DNA of 64,000 nt from the human T2T-CHM13v2.0 reference genome, Homo sapiens, in NCBI RefSeq assembly GCF_009914755.1, contig NC_060930.1. One strand, 5' to 3'. Shown one piece after another: positions 56,394 to 64,000 of this stretch; the stretch's first letter is position 1, and each line of letters begins with the position of its first letter. The notes under the pieces are model-generated. The model worked only from the letters and a program-made list of their open reading frames with translations. It had not been told where the DNA came from and did no database searches. The position numbers and the translations under genes were made by a program.

Positions 56394-58775
56394 ATAACAA
56401 AACATTACAAGGGCAGTACAAGCAGTTAGATGCTAGAGGACTTCCCCAAGTTTACACATTTAGAAAGTGTTAGGGCCAACACCCAACTCCAAACTTTCTG
56501 ACACCCAATAATATGGTTTTCCTGAAACTGTACTCTGACTCTTTGTGGGGTATTTTCAAAGCAGCATATTATGGTTAAGTTGATTTTGTTATAAACAGAC
56601 TGGATATGCCAGCACTTTCACATAAGGGTTATTTAACCGACAACCAAGAAGATTACGGAAGCCAGACTGACTGTCTACAAATACTGGGCAGGGCTATCAG
56701 GTGGGAAAGGGATAACATTGTTTCTGCCTTACAGCAAAGGCAGAATTAAGGTCTAAGTTTGGCAGTTAGAAGTAGGGAAACTGGTTCACCAGAAAAAAAG
56801 ACATTTCTAAGTAAGCTGCCCAGGAATGAAAGAACTGCCTAACACAGTCTTAGACTAATCAAATGAAGTATTCATTAACTTATGAGAAAACCATGTATTC
56901 TGGCTGCTGGAGACAAATTCTTTCATTGGACCAAATGTTCTTTAAGGTCTTTTCCAAATCCAAGTTCCTAGGAATCAACTGATAAATGACTTTTCCCCAT
57001 TAGTCATTTATCTCTGCACATTCTGCCCACATACCACATTTTCTTGCAATCTGTTTAGAGTTGAAGAAATTATTTCTAATTGAAACCTTTACTACCATGA
57101 TTTTATTTCAAGTAGACATAATTTATCAAACACTGAGCTTAAGAAATATGCATTTTTTTCCTCATAGCATTTTGAGTTGGGTCATAAACTAATTAATTCA
57201 TATTGTGGAATAGATTAGAATGGAATGGAATGGAATGTGAAATTCAGTATTATCAATATAAAATAGAGCCTGCTTGCTCATAATCCTCAAGAAGTATGTA
57301 GGGACAGGTTGGAATCAATTGAAAATTGCAATAGAGAGAGGAAAGGTGATTTGCCCATTCATGGGGCCAATAAGTGATTACATAGCTAATATATGGTTAT
57401 ACAACTAATGAGTTCTGGACCTGTTAATGTTCTTTGGTGACTCCTTGAATAAATATTAAACTTTCCACAAGAGACTACACACAAACCGAAACTACTGACT
57501 TCTAGTGAGGGCATTTTCAAGAGGTTCTAGTCCAAATGAAAGTTATTTATTATTTATCTAATAAAACTCACTTCTACTTTGCCTACTAGTATGCTATTGA
57601 AATGTTAAAAAAATAGAAGATGCTCTCTTCTTTTCAGAGTGTTTCTTTTGGAAAAAAAGGAGGTTGCTTTATAGAGAGACATTTCTATTCTGAAAGCAAA
57701 GCATTCTAAACCATATGATTTTACCCCATGGACTTAAATTTTAAATTTCTCTACATAGCATATTGAAGCCTGTGCCAAGTGCTGTCTGGAAAAATTGAGT
57801 ATAATTAAGACAATCAAGTGATTCAGTCCCTACCTTTTTACATTGTACTGTCAACTAGGAACAACATGTATGTTTCTTCTTCTTCCATGTACTTTTCATT
57901 TTATCCTGTTGTATTTGACATCAAATGTCTGTCTGCTGCACCAGAGAAAAGAGTGGATGTTGGCTTTGATGTATAACAGGTGTCATTCATAACAGTAACA
58001 ATAGGGGATTTGGTTAGATTTTCATCTGTAAAATTCTAGAGACTTGATTTGAAAAGATATAGGAAGGAGCGATGAGGGGAGTTGGTAATGTGAGAGTGAA
58101 AGCGATTACTGTGCTTGAAGGAAATATGTAATAGAGAAGGTTGACCAGGTTAGGAGGAGAACTATATTTTCCTCCCTAGGGCTTCTTGTCTCTGTAACTT
58201 GCTGAATGACCCCTTTGACATTTAAAAATGTTCACACGTCAAGAGGAAGATGACAGGTAGGGAAGCCAACCTGAAAATCAGCCTTTGCCTCTGCTGCTTG
58301 AGCTTGTTTTCCTAGTAAATTACCTCTGCTGCCGATGGCATCGCAGATCTGGGCATCTTCACATTCTTCCTAATACTAGAGAGCATGCTAAAGAATTTTT
58401 AGAAATTGTTCTTTGTAGCTTCAGACTGCAAGAGATGTAAGAAGTCCCACATGTTGCCGGCAGCCCTAAGAAGTTATTTAGACAGATTCCAATTGACATA
58501 ATTTATGAAAAACTGAACTTAAAGGATTAGTACCGAGGGGACTGGCAGAAGCCTTTTGCTCTTAGATTTGCAGCAATTGTTTACACTAGAACTATAAGGA
58601 GGAGAGCCAGTTCTGTGTGTTTGGGTAGAGCGGTACCTTAGCTTCTTGGCCCTTTTCTCCCCCTAGACAAAGTTAGAGCAGCAATTTTTATGTCTTATTC
58701 CTTAGAGAGAGGAATTTTGGTGATTAAAGAGGAAGCAAAAGATGCTAAAAGTTCCAATTTAATTTGATTTAATTT

Positions 58776-59052
58776 CTTTTGAGACAGAAACTCGCTTTGT
58801 CACCCAAGCTGCAGTGCAGTGGCATGATCTTGGCTCACTGCATCCTCAACCTCCCAGGCTCAAGTAATCCTCAGCCTCCTGAGTAGCTGAGACTATAGGC
58901 ATGTACCACCATGCCCGGCTAATTTTTCTATTTTTTATAGGAAGGTTTCATCATGTTTCTCAGGCTGGTCTCAAACTCCTGGGCTCAAGTGATCTGCCTG
59001 CCTTGGCCTCTCAAATTGCTGTGATTACAAGTGTGAGCCACCACACTTGGCC
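58776..59052 (-). mobile_element. AluJ
   Basis: cctcaacctcccaggctcaag and ctcctgggctcaagtgatc J motifs. TSD TGAT(T/C)TAATTT 58765-58775 and 59053-59063. Confidence 0.93.
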
Positions 59053-59076
59053 TGATCTAATTTAAAGATATTTTTG

Positions 59077-59577
59077 GAACAAACAAGATGACTGATCAAA
59101 AGCAGGTGTGGTCTGCAGCACTCACAGAGGGGAATGAAAAGGGATGAGTGAATTCAGCACCTTCAACTGAAATATCCAGGTTCTCACATTGAGACTGACT
59201 AGGCAAACAACTTGACCCACATGGAACTGAGGAAAGCAGGAGCGGGGTTGGTGGACACTGGCCCACCTGGGAGCCACATGGAGCCAAATGAACCCCCCAC
59301 CCCCAGCCAAGGGAAGCGGTGAGTGATTGTGTGACCTGCCTGGGAAACTTTGCAACCCACGGATCTGGAGATCCTGTCGTGAGCCCATATCACCAGGGCC
59401 TTGGGTCCGATACACAGACTTGTGTGGAGTCGCCGCAGAGCAGCCACTCAGTCACACATAGAGACCCAGGAGTTTTACATACTCCGGCCCCAAGAGTATG
59501 TAAAGCCCTGCACATCCTGCACATATACCCCTGAACTTAAAATAGAAGTTGAAGAAAATAAAATAAAATAAAATAAA
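59077..59577 (+). mobile_element. ~500-bp mini-L1 (L1PA12-14-like): 5' end fused directly to the 3' terminus
   Basis: caagatgactga... 5' end runs to ~59493, then cctgcacatcctgcacatatacccctgaacttaaaata and an (AAAAT)n tail. TSD AA(G/A)ATATTTTTG 59065-59076 and 59575-59586. Confidence 0.85.
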
Positions 59578-59639
59578 ATATTTTTGACCATTTTTGTAGT
59601 CTGTTTTTATTTTATTCTTTTACCTATTTACTATATGCT

Positions 59640-62995
<3,356 letters not shown>

Positions 62996-63426
62996 ATTCT
63001 TTTATGTTTTCTAAAAAAATGTTGCTTACATAATTATTTTATAATATTTTTCTTATAATTGTTGTATATGAAATTCTTGGCGACCGAAATCTTTTTTTTT
63101 TCCTTGCTGCCTTTCATTCATGCTTATTTGTTTCCTTATGTTCAGTGATTCTGATTTGAGCCCACAACTGGTCTATCCAAACCTGCGGTGATTCTAAGAC
63201 TTATGTTGAGGATATTTTTCTTTTTCGAAAATTTACTTTTGCTTCTGCTAGATGCCAGAATGTGCTACCATTTAGCATCTTCACTGGGTCTGTAATTTAA
63301 TTCAATTTAATTCAGCCTCAGGTTCAGCTTGTCCTTATTGCCTCTGTGTCAAGGCTTATTCTCTTGAGTGTTGTGCCGATATCAGCCTCTTTCTTTAGGG
63401 CATCCCTGCCTTCCTTTCTCCTAGGA

Positions 63427-63490
63427 GTGTGTGTGTGTGCGCGCGCATGTGTGCGCATGTATTTGTGCGCATGCACTCGCATGTACATAT
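63427..63490. repeat. Alternating purine-pyrimidine (TG/CG/CA) tract
   Basis: 36 nt of perfect alternation at 63427-63462, including GCGCGCGC. Confidence 0.9.
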
Positions 63491-63744
63491 GGCCCAGTGC
63501 TCAGGTTTTAGCTCATGGTATTTTTTAGAAGTGGAGGACTCCCTTGAAGACTGTTCTTACTTTCTTTGAGCCTAGACATTTAATAAAATTATTTTCTAGT
63601 TCTTTGTAGAAAGAGAGTTGTGCTGCCAGAAGCTGAGACTATTTCTTTTTATTCCCTATTTTCAAACATTAAAACAAAAAAAAACATGAAAACTCACTCA
63701 GAAGAACTCTGGAAAGTCCATTGAGAACATTTCATAACATTAGA

Positions 63745-63990
63745 CCTGCTTTTCCCAAACTATACTCTGTGGAAATGTAATATGCTGTGATATAGATAGT
63801 AGTAGGATTTTCCTCAAAGAAATGTTCCATGGTAAAAAAGAAATTGGGGAAATCATACATAATATATCTGCTGCCCTTAAAAATACATAGTGCCTATTAT
63901 CATGTAAAGGTTCTGAGAATTTTTACAGTAAATAAAGTTTTAAAATAGTGATTAACTGCATTTCCCAAACTTATTTGCATGTGGAAGCCT
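63745..63990. mobile_element. Possible hAT-Charlie MER relic
   Basis: tttcccaaact occurs near both ends; aaaggttctgagaa motif. Confidence 0.35.
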
Positions 63991-64000
63991 AACCTTCCTT

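Noticed and set aside
57217-57237. (GGAAT)n as HSat2/3 satellite
   Set aside because: Only 3-4 units
58407-58443. Possible 19-nt micro-exon (tgttctttgtag ... gat|gtaaga)
   Set aside because: Such splice-like motifs arise often by chance; no transcript evidence or partner exons

Overview
AT-rich, repeat-dense primate (human-like) DNA that appears intergenic or intronic. I find no intact protein-coding gene, RNA gene or CRISPR array. The one gene-derived feature is a full-length LYPLA1 (acyl-protein thioesterase 1, APT1) processed pseudogene at 53400-55883. It has a TSD, a poly(A) signal, two +1 frameshifts, an undecayed CpG-rich 5' end and an intact miR-138 8mer site. Most of the rest is retroelement: a near-full-length dead L1PA2-like element nested in an older L1PA13-16, a twin-primed 5'-inverted L1PA2-like element carrying a 22-nt 3' transduction, several older L1s (L1PB, L1MA, L1MC), about 10 Alus/FRAM, MaLR and ERVL solo LTRs, MER5A copies and microsatellites. 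I cannot support a new enzymatic or genetic system here. The most unusual signals are mechanistic scars: a 63-bp locally templated insertion with a fold-back junction, several L1s with kb-scale internal deletions (two still flanked by TSDs, two with snap-back hairpins at the junction), and three non-consensus variants shared by the two young L1s. Subfamily names come from recalled consensus motifs and need RepeatMasker/Dfam confirmation.
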